A stretch of 50,279 bases of DNA, from the IMG/VR virus record IMGVR_UViG_3300027533_000005, positions 1 to 50,279 of that record; one strand, written 5' to 3'. The notes below the pieces were generated by a model. That model saw only the letters and a program-made list of their open reading frames with translations. It was not told the DNA's origin and did no database searches. This document shows, piece by piece, positions 7,392-15,585 of this stretch. The position numbers and the translations under genes are program-made. The stretch comes from a virus. Position 1 is the stretch's first letter, and every line of letters begins with the position of its first letter.

Positions 7392-7570
7392 TGCCTCCGG
7401 TCTTCCTGTTGTTCGAGTTTACCCAATACGGTAAGCTACTACGTCGGGTATTCGCGACCCACGAGCTAGCGGAAGAGTATGCGAAGCTATACATGGTAGG
7501 GAACTACCAGATCCGCTCCGAGTGGGTTTACACCGAGAATCACGCGTCCAAATACGTCGAAAAGCGATAG
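7391..7570 (+). CDS. Small early protein (59 aa)
   Basis: Internal Met of ORF 7178..7570, coupled to the previous stop; followed by a terminator. Confidence 0.45.
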   Translation: MPPVFLLFEFTQYGKLLRRVFATHELAEEYAKLYMVGNYQIRSEWVYTENHASKYVEKR

Positions 7571-7573
7571 GTA

Positions 7574-7606
7574 GTTCGGGGGACAGCCAACCCCGACTAT
7601 TTTTTG
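7574..7606 (+). terminator. Rho-independent terminator
   Basis: TCGGGG-loop-CCCCGA hairpin followed by TATTTTTT. Confidence 0.65.
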
Positions 7607-7864
7607 CCTTAAAGGAAGCTATTACGTCGTAATGGTTTCCTCTAGAGCAACAAAATGAGCCGATCGTGTTTCTAGTTTGTCATTCGTTTGTTACTCGTTT
7701 GTTGCCCGTTCGGTATTAGTGCCCGGAATGGCGCTAAACCATTGCAAACAAAGGGCTTACGGGTTTCGTATGCCCCACATGTTTTCCGGGGCACTCGGTG
7801 TGTGTCAGTCTGTGTAGTTTTCTTATTTTTATTTTTTTTTTTTATACTATCCCCCATACCGATG

Positions 7865-7889
7865 GTGCTGTTCAACCGATGAACAGCTA
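7865..7889. repeat. 25-bp palindrome family member 2 (gGTGCTGTTCA-accga-TGAACAGCTA), 6 nt upstream of a -35 box
   Basis: Perfect 8-bp arms GCTGTTCA/TGAACAGC read directly. Confidence 0.85.
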
Positions 7890-7895
7890 GGGCGC

Positions 7896-7924
7896 TTGAC
7901 AAAGTGGCAGGGGTGTGGTATAAT
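7896..7924 (+). promoter_or_regulatory. Consensus sigma70-type promoter
   Basis: TTGACA-17 nt-TATAAT, TGg extended -10. Confidence 0.7.
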
Positions 7925-8085
7925 CAGGTATTCACTGGTAAGCCCTTTGTTTTCAACAGTTTACGGGCGAACAGTGTAAAACTTACACACTAGCAATGAC
8001 GGTGAAACGCACTAGTAGGAAACGAATATCGAACGGTTAATGTAGGTCGGCTCGTTTTCCGGCCATTGAGGGTGAGTTTAAGAGT

Positions 8086-8514
8086 ATGTCCAAAATTATA
8101 CCGGGTGAATACGACATTGTGAGTCGGCAGTCATTAAACCCTAAGAGGTTGCGCGCCGCGCATCAAACGTCGTGCGAACCTGCTCAAGCGTATTTCCTCG
8201 TTGCGCTGATGCACGATCACGCTTTTCCCGGTGCGGCGCACACGCCCATTGTCAGATTGCGTAAACCGAGAAATGGTAAAGGTGCGCGCGGTTGGGGCGG
8301 AATGAAAAAAGGACGTGCATACGTGAGTCTACCTGAGACACCGATGCAGGTTCATGGTTCGCCATACGGCAGACTTCGCGTCGGTTTGGTAGTCCATGAA
8401 TACGCACATGCTGTCGAAATGCTCAAGTTCGGGCATTCCGATCACGGTGCGCGCTTTACCATGATCCTTGACGAGCTACTATTTTTCACTGAACAATTTT
8501 GGGGGACGAAATGA
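8086..8514 (+). CDS. Putative zinc metallopeptidase (HExxH; SprT/WLM-like)
   Basis: VVHEYAHAVEMLKFGHSDHG contains HEXXH plus downstream His residues; GAGGGTGAG SD region. Confidence 0.5.
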   Translation: MSKIIPGEYDIVSRQSLNPKRLRAAHQTSCEPAQAYFLVALMHDHAFPGAAHTPIVRLRKPRNGKGARGWGGMKKGRAYVSLPETPMQVHGSPYGRLRVGLVVHEYAHAVEMLKFGHSDHGARFTMILDELLFFTEQFWGTK

Positions 8515-8551
8515 GAAATTGTAGAATCTGTATGATTCCAAAACGGTGTGA

Positions 8552-9082
8552 TTGTCTGTGCAGCACATGCCAAAAGGCACGAGAGGATTCCAAGTGAGCG
8601 ACGATACAAGTCAAGATCCAAGTTTAGCCGTTCACCCGGTGAACAGCGAGCCTGAGGTAGTTCCCTCAGACTCTCCAATTCAAGAGCGCTTGAAAAAAGC
8701 CTACATCGACAAATACAATACCCTGATGGTATCAGGTATGAATCGTGAGGCAGTGAACCGGCACATTGCAGACCTCGAAGATATGGTCAAGATGTTCCAG
8801 ACTCAGATTCAAGCTACGATGGACGTTAGCGATGAGTGGGCGCGCTCTGAAACGGCTGAGGAACGGGAAAGGATTCGGCAGGAAGATCGCAAGTATCGCG
8901 CAAAGGCGCGCCCCGCGATGAATGCTGACGGTAGCATCAAGACGACTCATGCGAAGACTGCGAAGCCGGTTGTCATAGGTGACGCTGGGAGCCAGGCATT
9001 CGAGAATCTGGTCAACAAACTGATGCTCAGTGGCATGAGTCGTGAGAACGCAGAGAAACTTCTAAAATCAGGAGGTAAGTGA
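8552..9082 (+). CDS. Hypothetical protein (start uncertain: TTG 8552, ATG 8567 or GTG 8594)
   Basis: ORF track; coiled-coil-like, charged. Confidence 0.5.
   Translation: MSVQHMPKGTRGFQVSDDTSQDPSLAVHPVNSEPEVVPSDSPIQERLKKAYIDKYNTLMVSGMNREAVNRHIADLEDMVKMFQTQIQATMDVSDEWARSETAEERERIRQEDRKYRAKARPAMNADGSIKTTHAKTAKPVVIGDAGSQAFENLVNKLMLSGMSRENAEKLLKSGGK
8625..8649. repeat. 25-bp palindrome family member 3 (TAGCCGTTCA-cccgg-TGAACAGCga), intragenic
   Basis: Read directly; encodes LAVHPVNS. Confidence 0.8.
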
Positions 9083-9237
9083 TGGAAGTCAAGATCGAAG
9101 CGTATGCAGGGTCGTTCACTGTGTCGGTAAATGGAAAGGATATCGGCACATGGACATATATTGACGGTGCAATCGAGGCGGCGAGGAAAGAGCTCCTCGC
9201 CCGATACCCGACGATTGAAGTTCAAAGGTCGAAGTAA
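9082..9237 (+). CDS. Small protein (51 aa)
   Basis: ATG overlaps the upstream TGA (TGATG); translated by hand. Confidence 0.4.
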   Translation: MEVKIEAYAGSFTVSVNGKDIGTWTYIDGAIEAARKELLARYPTIEVQRSK

Positions 9238-9238
9238 A

Positions 9239-9412
9239 ATGACAGAGACAACGTGTGATAAGGTTCTGCAAGAGGTATCCAAAGTCATAGCACGATACCT
9301 CGAAGGTGCGCTTCTCAGTAGCGAAGCCTGTATGCTACTGATGATCGGCATCAACGAATACAAAAACGAGATCATTCAAGAGTTCGACGTCATTGGAAAG
9401 GATACAGAGTAA
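9239..9412 (+). CDS. Small protein (57 aa)
   Basis: Internal Met of ORF 9131..9412, directly after the preceding stop. Confidence 0.4.
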   Translation: MTETTCDKVLQEVSKVIARYLEGALLSSEACMLLMIGINEYKNEIIQEFDVIGKDTE

Positions 9413-9654
9413 TGTCATTTCAAGTTCGCAAGCCTAGCAGATGGTATCGTCAAGACAGTGAGCCAGGATTCTGGATTCAGCGACTGAAGTTCGGGTCCAA
9501 GTTCATTCTACTTCAGGCAATAATCATCTCAGTGACATTCGTTTGTGGCTCGTTCCAAGAGATTCGCCGTGACGATTCTGGATGGTGCGCGCACTTCAAC
9601 GGCTGGATGGTCTGTAACGATAAAGCCATCACGGATTATACACTTGGCGAGTAA
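9412..9654 (+). CDS. Small protein with one hydrophobic segment (80 aa)
   Basis: ORF track; TAATG coupling. Confidence 0.4.
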   Translation: MSFQVRKPSRWYRQDSEPGFWIQRLKFGSKFILLQAIIISVTFVCGSFQEIRRDDSGWCAHFNGWMVCNDKAITDYTLGE

Positions 9655-9871
9655 GGGACGTCCTGCGCGCGACCCTGAAGGTCCAAGGTATGGCAACAAA
9701 ACGATCTATGTCAAAGACTGGTCCCGTTGGGACCAGTTAATGGAATTGGCTCAGAAGCGAGGACAGTCAGTAAGCGACCTAATCGGTGAAGCTATAGATC
9801 GTATGCTCTCGAAAGAGAATGCAGCGGAGTATAAAATCACACAGATTCGTCGCATTCTGGATGGTGACTAA
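9545..9871 (+). CDS. Ribbon-helix-helix (CopG/Arc-like) DNA-binding protein candidate; start uncertain
   Basis: The C-terminal KTIYVKDWSRWDQLMELAQKRGQSVSDLIGEAIDRML fits a beta-strand/helix/helix pattern. The N-terminal part overlaps ORF 9412..9654. Confidence 0.4.
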   Translation: MARSKRFAVTILDGARTSTAGWSVTIKPSRIIHLASKGRPARDPEGPRYGNKTIYVKDWSRWDQLMELAQKRGQSVSDLIGEAIDRMLSKENAAEYKITQIRRILDGD

Positions 9872-9964
9872 ATGCCAGAGTTTATGGTGGGTTATTACTG
9901 CGGTGTATTCTGTGTCGCGGCGACATGGATTGCTTATTCATATTCCAATAGGAGGACAAAGTGA
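9872..9964 (+). CDS. Tiny hydrophobic peptide ORF (30 aa)
   Basis: TAAATG coupling at 9869-9874 and a TGA overlapping the next GTG start; translated by hand. Confidence 0.25.
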   Translation: MPEFMVGYYCGVFCVAATWIAYSYSNRRTK

Positions 9965-10362
9965 GTGAGAGAACAGGAATTCGGAGCAGTCATTATCTCA
10001 TTGATGATCGTGGTCAGACCTACGCATTCAGCGTAGAGACTGTGGCACGGCTCATCGCATGGGGCAAGGCGATGGAAGTTCAGCGTCGAGTAGCGCGGGT
10101 GGTCACAGCGAATGGCTATCGCGTATCGACGGTATTCCTGGGCACTGACCACGGATACGACAATGGTGAGCCTATCCTCTTCGAGACAATGATCTTCGGA
10201 GGTAAGTTCTCTGGTATAGACGAATACCAGGAGCGCTGTTCGACGCTCGCTGAGGCAGCCGAGCAGCATCTCAGGGCAGTCAACATCGCACTGGCTGAGC
10301 CTGAGGACGGTGGCGAGCGCGACGATGCAAGTCAAGGTCCAAGTTCAAAGGTCGACGATTGA
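9961..10362 (+). CDS. Hypothetical protein (133 aa)
   Basis: ORF track; AGGAGG SD upstream of the GTG at 9961. Confidence 0.55.
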   Translation: MSERTGIRSSHYLIDDRGQTYAFSVETVARLIAWGKAMEVQRRVARVVTANGYRVSTVFLGTDHGYDNGEPILFETMIFGGKFSGIDEYQERCSTLAEAAEQHLRAVNIALAEPEDGGERDDASQGPSSKVDD

Positions 10363-10369
10363 AGTTCAA

Positions 10370-10807
10370 ATGTATATCCTGAAGTGTGAAGCGTTCGACG
10401 ACGAACGAAGCGCAAGATACAGTAACGTGTGCTGTAAGGGTGATTGCCATGAGACCAAGACATTCATTAATGTTACACCCTATACTGCCGATTCGACTCT
10501 CGAAAATCGGAAAGTCGATTGGAGTCTTGGAATTCAGGGCTACGTTTGCTGTGGCAGATATGAATTCGTTCGGTCGTTATCTAGAGAGTGGTGGGTCCGA
10601 CGACTTGCAGTTATCGATAATTGGTCGGAAGAGAAGGTCAGAACCTATCTCACCCAGGGATCTTGGCACAGAGTCTATGACAGAGGAACTACAACGGGCG
10701 GTCGACCTGCTCAATCTAAAGCTAGACAAACTAAAGTTCAACATTGTCCACAGTGTGGATCGAACTGGAATGAGGTAGCGTGTGATGACTGCGGTTATTC
10801 AGGATAG
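10370..10807 (+). CDS. Cys-rich hypothetical protein with C-terminal zinc ribbon (CPQCG...CDDCG)
   Basis: Internal Met (MYILKCEAF...) of ORF 10310..10807. Confidence 0.45.
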   Translation: MYILKCEAFDDERSARYSNVCCKGDCHETKTFINVTPYTADSTLENRKVDWSLGIQGYVCCGRYEFVRSLSREWWVRRLAVIDNWSEEKVRTYLTQGSWHRVYDRGTTTGGRPAQSKARQTKVQHCPQCGSNWNEVACDDCGYSG

Positions 10808-11027
10808 GCATACTCGTCGAATGTTAGAATTACAGGCTGCACTTCCTGTATGGCATGAGATGAACACGGAGCGACAGTGGGCGCGGCTGGAGTGCACTGA
10901 GCATATAACGGTCATCGAGTACGGTGTAATACACGATAACGGCTTTATAGAGTGCGCGGTCGGGTCGAAGCTGTTCGTCGCTAAAGAGGGATGGATTGTG
11001 GTCGTGGACTCCAAACGGTGTGGATAG
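10782..11027 (+). CDS. Hypothetical protein (81 aa or shorter)
   Basis: ORF track. Confidence 0.4.
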   Translation: MMTAVIQDRHTRRMLELQAALPVWHEMNTERQWARLECTEHITVIEYGVIHDNGFIECAVGSKLFVAKEGWIVVVDSKRCG

Positions 11028-11049
11028 CTGTTCATCAAATGAACAGTGA
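11025..11049. repeat. 25-bp palindrome family member 4 (TAGCTGTTCA-tcaaa-TGAACAGtga), intergenic
   Basis: Perfect 7-bp arms CTGTTCA/TGAACAG; the left arm overlaps the stop codon of ORF 10782..11027. Confidence 0.85.
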
Positions 11050-11052
11050 AGG

Positions 11053-11069
11053 AGTGTAAATTTTACACT
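11053..11069. promoter_or_regulatory. 17-bp perfect palindrome AGTGTAAA-t-TTTACACT, 15 bp upstream of a -35 box; operator candidate
   Basis: Read directly; related half-sites GTGTAA/TTACAC at 7974-7988. Confidence 0.6.
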
Positions 11070-11083
11070 GTAACTTTTACATA

Positions 11084-11112
11084 TTGACAAAGGGCGGAAA
11101 GTATGCTACAAT
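11084..11112 (+). promoter_or_regulatory. Consensus sigma70-type promoter (middle/replication genes)
   Basis: TTGACA-17 nt-TACAAT, TGc extended -10. Confidence 0.7.
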
Positions 11113-11140
11113 TTACCGTTAATCGAGGAAGGTGCTTCTA

Positions 11141-11329
11141 ATGACGCAGAAACAATACGATCTAATCAAAGAGCAAGGTTATAGGATCGACACACGCGGT
11201 GTGCGATTCACGTTGATCAAGGGCATTCGCGCTGAGTCGTTCGAGACGGAACAGGCCGCATACGACGCTGCAATGCGCGAGATTGCAGACCGAAACCCAG
11301 AAGTGCTACGATACAGAAACGGAGTGTGA
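11141..11329 (+). CDS. Small protein (62 aa)
   Basis: ATG at 11141 with a GAGGAAGG SD; ORF track 11132..11329. Confidence 0.5.
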   Translation: MTQKQYDLIKEQGYRIDTRGVRFTLIKGIRAESFETEQAAYDAAMREIADRNPEVLRYRNGV

Positions 11330-11589
11330 GTGTGAAGACGATTCAAGTTCCTTTTACAGTTAACACAATCTATACGCCCAACGCACCGAAGCAAGGTGAG
11401 GCGGACGTGACGGTGTATGAGCACATCATGGATGCTGTTGAGCAGCTAGGCGAAGACAAGGTGCTCGACATGGTCAACTACGCACAGCGACTCGCTGACA
11501 TGCGCGCCGCACGTAGCAGGTTCATCTGTCTGCACGAGGGACCTGAGAAGCGCAAGGTCGATAGGATGCTGAAGCGTAAGAAAGCCTAG
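11326..11589 (+). CDS. Hypothetical protein (87 aa)
   Basis: ORF track; GTGA start/stop overlap. Confidence 0.45.
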   Translation: MSVKTIQVPFTVNTIYTPNAPKQGEADVTVYEHIMDAVEQLGEDKVLDMVNYAQRLADMRAARSRFICLHEGPEKRKVDRMLKRKKA

Positions 11590-11592
11590 ACT

Positions 11593-13335
11593 GTGCGGCC
11601 TTGGTTCTCGCCCGACGGAGAACCAAGTCCAGACAGCCTAATGCTGTTGGTGCGCGCGTCGCACGTTAAAGATGGCGCGAGAAAGAGAATTGAGTTTATG
11701 AGTACGGGTATTGCGACCCACAAGGGTCAATCGCAGCTACGTTATAAGTGCATACACTGCGGTAAGCAGGTCTCAGAGAAAAAGCGTTCGCGGTTCGGCA
11801 AGTATTGGTCGCTGCTCTTGGAGTGCGGTCATTCACAGCTGGTCGAGGCGCTCTCTGAAGTCAAGGTCGAAGCCGAAGCTGTCGATTGGGACGATTTCCA
11901 GAGCATCGACGGGCGCAAGCTTTACAAGTTCCAGAAGATCGGATCGTCATTCGCGATTGAAGCGAACGGACGATGCTTGATTGCAGATGAGATGGGCCTC
12001 GGCAAGACGGTGCAAGCTATCGCGTTTCTCTGGTATATGAAGCGCAAGGCGATGCCGTGTCTGGTCGCTACTAAGTCTACGCTCAAGTATCAGTGGTCGC
12101 ATGAGCTATACAGATTCCTTCCCGCGGGGCATGTGAATCAGGTCATCGAGAACAAGAATCAGAAGCCTCTGACTGAGCACGGATTCGACGTTGTGATTAT
12201 CTCGTTCGATATGCTGAGGCGTTGCGCCTGGGTCGAGGACGAGGAATTCATGCGGGATCGTTTCAAGACGATCATCATCGATGAAACTCAGAACATTAAG
12301 AATCCTTCCGCGGCGCGGACGGCTTGCGTCAGGAAGCTGGCGAAGTATTCGCCTTACGTGTTGGGTTTGTCGGGGACGCCGATTAAGAATAACGCGCTTG
12401 AGTATTTTACGATTCTCAATATTCTCAAGCCAGAGCGCTTTCCGAGTTACAGGGGTTTCGAGGCGAACTACGTAAACACCTACTCGAACGGTGGATTTAC
12501 GAAGGCGGGTGGTCTGCAAGACCCTGAATACTTCGCTGAGAAGACAAAGGACTTCATCATTCGCCGCACACAGGACGAGGTTATGCCTGACTTGCCGAAG
12601 TTGAATCGGACGTATCGATACGCGGAGCTTGGTCCTGAAGTTGAGAAGCTCTACGCCAAGCTGATGCAGAAGTTCGAGGACGCCATGAACGCGGAAGGCG
12701 GTCCTAAGATGTTCGGGTCGGGCGGCATTCTCGAATACATGACCCACATGAAGCACCTGACGGGGACGGCCAAGGTCGAACCTGTTGTAGACTTCGTGAC
12801 GGACTTCCTTCAAGACACAGATCGGAAGATGACCATCTTTGTGCATCACAAGGACGTTCATGGCAAGATCGAGGCGCTGCTTTCTACTGTGTGTCAGGCA
12901 CTCGAACTCGACATGCCAATCAGCTTGTCTTCGGACCTGAGTCCTGAGCAGCGTCACGAGGTTGTGATGCAGTTCAAGAACAGCCCGAAAGCACGAGTCA
13001 TGATTGCATCGACACTGGCAAGCGGCGAAGGGCTGAACTTGCAGTTCTGTTCAGACTGTATCATGGCAGAGCAACAGTGGAATCCTGCTAACGAGGAACA
13101 AGCGGAAGCGAGATTCAAGCGCATCGGGTCGGAGGCAGCGATTATCAATGCTACCTACCAGATTGCACTCGGAACGATCGACGAGTTCCTTGCAGACCTC
13201 AAGGCTGGCAAGCGACACATCATCGAAGAGGCTATGACGGGCGTCAAGAACGAGCAGCCCTATAGCGAGCAAGACATGATGAAGGAACTTGCAGACATCA
13301 TCATGACGAAGGGGCTGAAGCGTTGGAAGCTCTAA
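11593..13335 (+). CDS. SNF2/Rad54-family helicase-like ATPase with N-terminal zinc ribbon
   Basis: Motif I ADEMGLGKT, motif II IIDETQNIKN, C-terminal helicase domain motifs (QAEARFKRIG), CIHCG...ECGH. Confidence 0.85.
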   Translation: MRPWFSPDGEPSPDSLMLLVRASHVKDGARKRIEFMSTGIATHKGQSQLRYKCIHCGKQVSEKKRSRFGKYWSLLLECGHSQLVEALSEVKVEAEAVDWDDFQSIDGRKLYKFQKIGSSFAIEANGRCLIADEMGLGKTVQAIAFLWYMKRKAMPCLVATKSTLKYQWSHELYRFLPAGHVNQVIENKNQKPLTEHGFDVVIISFDMLRRCAWVEDEEFMRDRFKTIIIDETQNIKNPSAARTACVRKLAKYSPYVLGLSGTPIKNNALEYFTILNILKPERFPSYRGFEANYVNTYSNGGFTKAGGLQDPEYFAEKTKDFIIRRTQDEVMPDLPKLNRTYRYAELGPEVEKLYAKLMQKFEDAMNAEGGPKMFGSGGILEYMTHMKHLTGTAKVEPVVDFVTDFLQDTDRKMTIFVHHKDVHGKIEALLSTVCQALELDMPISLSSDLSPEQRHEVVMQFKNSPKARVMIASTLASGEGLNLQFCSDCIMAEQQWNPANEEQAEARFKRIGSEAAIINATYQIALGTIDEFLADLKAGKRHIIEEAMTGVKNEQPYSEQDMMKELADIIMTKGLKRWKL

Positions 13336-13448
13336 AGTGTCCACACTGCGGAAACGAGGATACCGACCTGTTAGATCAGGTCGGTCCTTCTCGTTTTCTG
13401 TGTAACGTGTGCTCCAAGATATTCATATCGAATAGGATAAAGAAATGA
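13323..13448 (+). CDS. Possible small zinc-ribbon protein (41 aa, TTG start; KCPHCG...CNVCS)
   Basis: Translated by hand. CxxC-N17-CxxC; stop overlaps the next ATG; the start codon is weak. Confidence 0.3.
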   Translation: MEALKCPHCGNEDTDLLDQVGPSRFLCNVCSKIFISNRIKK

Positions 13449-13672
13449 AAGAACCAAGACTCTGGACAGAAGAGGAGGCTCTTGTCCATTGTGAGGAGCG
13501 CCTTAAGCTGTTCGAGGCAGAGCGCGCGATACTCGTTAACGGGTCAAAGGGCGACAATCTCTGGGCGAATAACCGTGGGTCTGAGGCAGCGATCGCAAGG
13601 TTGGGCGAACTGATTAACTGCTACCAGAGGATCGTTAAACTGGTCAGCACTGACATAAGGAGCAAGGCATGA
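13445..13672 (+). CDS. Hypothetical protein (75 aa)
   Basis: ORF track. Confidence 0.45.
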   Translation: MKEPRLWTEEEALVHCEERLKLFEAERAILVNGSKGDNLWANNRGSEAAIARLGELINCYQRIVKLVSTDIRSKA

Positions 13673-13959
13673 GACCACTTGGATTGCTCGTGGTATGGAA
13701 AGTAAGTGAGGCAGATCCGAAGTGGCAGATCATGAAGAATGGTCTGTTCGGATACTACCAGAACGGCGTCGACTATCTGACTGAGTTTGCTCGTGTGCAT
13801 GGTTGGAAGCAAATTGAGTCTGTCACGGCAGACAGAATCACCTTCAAAAAGGGTGAGTATCTGATTGAACTGTCGCTGGTTCAAGCTACAGGTGTGGATC
13901 TTTCTAAAGAGACTTATCTTTTTCAGGAGTTGACAGATGGCGAAGAAGTTAAAGCCTAG
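13669..13959 (+). CDS. Hypothetical protein (96 aa)
   Basis: ORF track; ATGA overlap. Confidence 0.45.
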   Translation: MRPLGLLVVWKVSEADPKWQIMKNGLFGYYQNGVDYLTEFARVHGWKQIESVTADRITFKKGEYLIELSLVQATGVDLSKETYLFQELTDGEEVKA

Positions 13960-14419
13960 GAGCATCATGCTCCCACGATCGGTGCGCCGGTTGTTCCCTA
14001 ACGTCAAGTTCGCGGTCGACGCGGACTCGGCAATCGACGTTTCAGTCAATGCGAAGGACTGCAAGGACGCCGAGAAGTTGAATCCCTCAGAGTGCGCGCT
14101 GGCGAGAGCAGCTAAGAGGGAGCTGAAAGCAGACGGGGTTATCATTGGTCTGGGCGCATCGTATGTGATCAAGGGCGACAAGGCAGTCCGCTATCACACA
14201 CCGGAGTCAGTGCAGCGAGAGATCGTGAGCTTCGACAGGCATCACGACTTCGCTCCGGGAGATTATCATCTTCCACCCAAGTCTCCGGCAGTTCGATTCG
14301 GTATGCCGACTTACAGGGGTAAGAGGTCAAAGAGCAAGCCGGGCGATCCTAAGACAGCGAAGCACAAGGTCCACACGAGCGCGCGTGTCAGAAAACTTCC
14401 GAAAGGCTCAGGCGAATGA
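13937..14419 (+). CDS. Hypothetical basic protein (160 aa)
   Basis: ORF track. Confidence 0.5.
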   Translation: MAKKLKPRSIMLPRSVRRLFPNVKFAVDADSAIDVSVNAKDCKDAEKLNPSECALARAAKRELKADGVIIGLGASYVIKGDKAVRYHTPESVQREIVSFDRHHDFAPGDYHLPPKSPAVRFGMPTYRGKRSKSKPGDPKTAKHKVHTSARVRKLPKGSGE

Positions 14420-14655
14420 AAGTCAGTCGAGTCCCCTTGCAGCAATGTCCGTGGTGCGCGGCGCGACTCGATGCGGTTAGCGGACCAGATGGCAATTTGC
14501 CAAGGCCAGGTGACCTCACCATATGTCTATACTGTGGTGGGGTCAGCGAATTCACTGACACTTTAGAACTACAGTTTCCTATGGGTCATACCATAGAGGA
14601 AATTGCAAACATCATGAGACTCTTTTCTGAGGAAGGAGATGGAAAGGTCCATTAA
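14416..14655 (+). CDS. Small zinc-ribbon protein (CPWC...CLYCGG)
   Basis: ORF track; ATGA overlap. Confidence 0.45.
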   Translation: MKVSRVPLQQCPWCAARLDAVSGPDGNLPRPGDLTICLYCGGVSEFTDTLELQFPMGHTIEEIANIMRLFSEEGDGKVH

Positions 14656-14660
14656 ACTAT

Positions 14661-15581
14661 ATGAGCAAGCCAGTTATCGTTTCGGATTCGCAGATATTGA
14701 ATACGGTTATGTCGTGTGGTAGAAAGACTCATCTTGAGTTCAAGTTGAATCTTCGACCCATGCAGAAAGCAGAGGCTCTAGAGCGCGGCGACCTGATGCA
14801 CCGTATGCTACATCCTTATTACTACGGTCGTATCATGCAGCCTCAAGAGCATCACTTCGAGGTGAAGCTGGAGGACGGAACGACGCAGCCTCATCCCTAC
14901 GCAAAGTTCATCGGGATGGCGCACAACGAACTAGTCGATACGTGCGTCGAGATCGGGCGCACTGCATCCTTTGACATGGACCTTGAGCCTGAGTATCGGA
15001 ACGAGTGTTTGAAGCAGTTCAGAGAGTATGCGTTCCACTTTGCAGGTGATGGCTGGATGGCTATTGAGGTTGAGCAGTCATTCACGCGCACACTGTATGA
15101 GGACGATAAGCTTCGCATTGACTACGAAGGGATCGTTGATCTGGTAGCTGACGGTCCAATGGGTCGGATCGCAGTGGACCACAAGACAGCGAAGTCACGC
15201 TCCACACCTTCTGACCTGTCGAATCAGTTCATGGGTTATTGTTGGGCACTGGACATCCCGAGGCTCATTGTCAACAGGATCGGATTTCAGAAAACGCTGA
15301 GTCCTGCTGAGAGATTCCAGCGTGTTGTCTTGAGCTACCCACAAGGGCGTATCGACGAGTGGCAGTACTGGGCGACATACTGGTTGAAAGTGTACGCTTT
15401 CTACCTGGAGAATGACGTATGGCCGCCAAACTACACATCGTGCGACAAGTATTCAGGCTGTATTTTTATGCCGGTCTGCACTAGGATTCCAGAGGCGCGC
15501 GAGTTCACCATGCAGACGAAGTACAAGGTCGCTGAGCCGTGGTCGCCGCACACTAGGGACACGTCGAAACTATTGGGATAA
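14661..15581 (+). CDS. PD-(D/E)XK (RecB/Cas4-like) exonuclease with Cys cluster
   Basis: IVDLVAD...IAVDHKTAK (D...DxK), QFMGY (QxxxY), an N-terminal Cys plus C-terminal CDKYSGCIFMPVC. Confidence 0.7.
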   Translation: MSKPVIVSDSQILNTVMSCGRKTHLEFKLNLRPMQKAEALERGDLMHRMLHPYYYGRIMQPQEHHFEVKLEDGTTQPHPYAKFIGMAHNELVDTCVEIGRTASFDMDLEPEYRNECLKQFREYAFHFAGDGWMAIEVEQSFTRTLYEDDKLRIDYEGIVDLVADGPMGRIAVDHKTAKSRSTPSDLSNQFMGYCWALDIPRLIVNRIGFQKTLSPAERFQRVVLSYPQGRIDEWQYWATYWLKVYAFYLENDVWPPNYTSCDKYSGCIFMPVCTRIPEAREFTMQTKYKVAEPWSPHTRDTSKLLG

Positions 15582-15585
15582 GACA

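Noticed and set aside
7865-7889. Interpreting the TGTTCA-N5-TGAACA palindromes as LexA/SOS boxes
   Set aside because: Arm orientation and spacing (GTTC-N7-GAAC) do not match the SOS boxes I know. Those are CTGT-N8-ACAG (E. coli), GAAC-N4-GTTC (Gram-positive) and the GTTC-N7-GTTC direct repeat (alphaproteobacteria). Kept only as an unassigned operator family.
7865-7889. Palindromes as Rho-independent terminators
   Set aside because: No T/U run follows on either strand, and four copies are inside coding regions.
7672-7902. ORFs 7672..7902 (minus strand) and 7688..7882 (plus strand)
   Set aside because: They span the T-tract/low-complexity intergenic region (poly-Lys/poly-Phe products), have no SD and overlap the promoter and palindrome.
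11019-11027. DnaA-box-like TGTGGATAG (8/9 match to TGTGGATAA)
   Set aside because: It is a single copy that overlaps a stop codon. Such a match is expected by chance in 50 kb, and there is no cluster.
12106-12957. 283-aa minus-strand ORF inside the SNF2 gene, and similar long antisense ORFs (3753..4331, 41457..42065, 39785..40282, 30478..30942, 47025..47462)
   Set aside because: Each lies fully inside a longer ORF with clear motifs or operon context on the other strand. They lack SD/start context and have Arg/Leu/Ser-biased composition typical of shadow frames.
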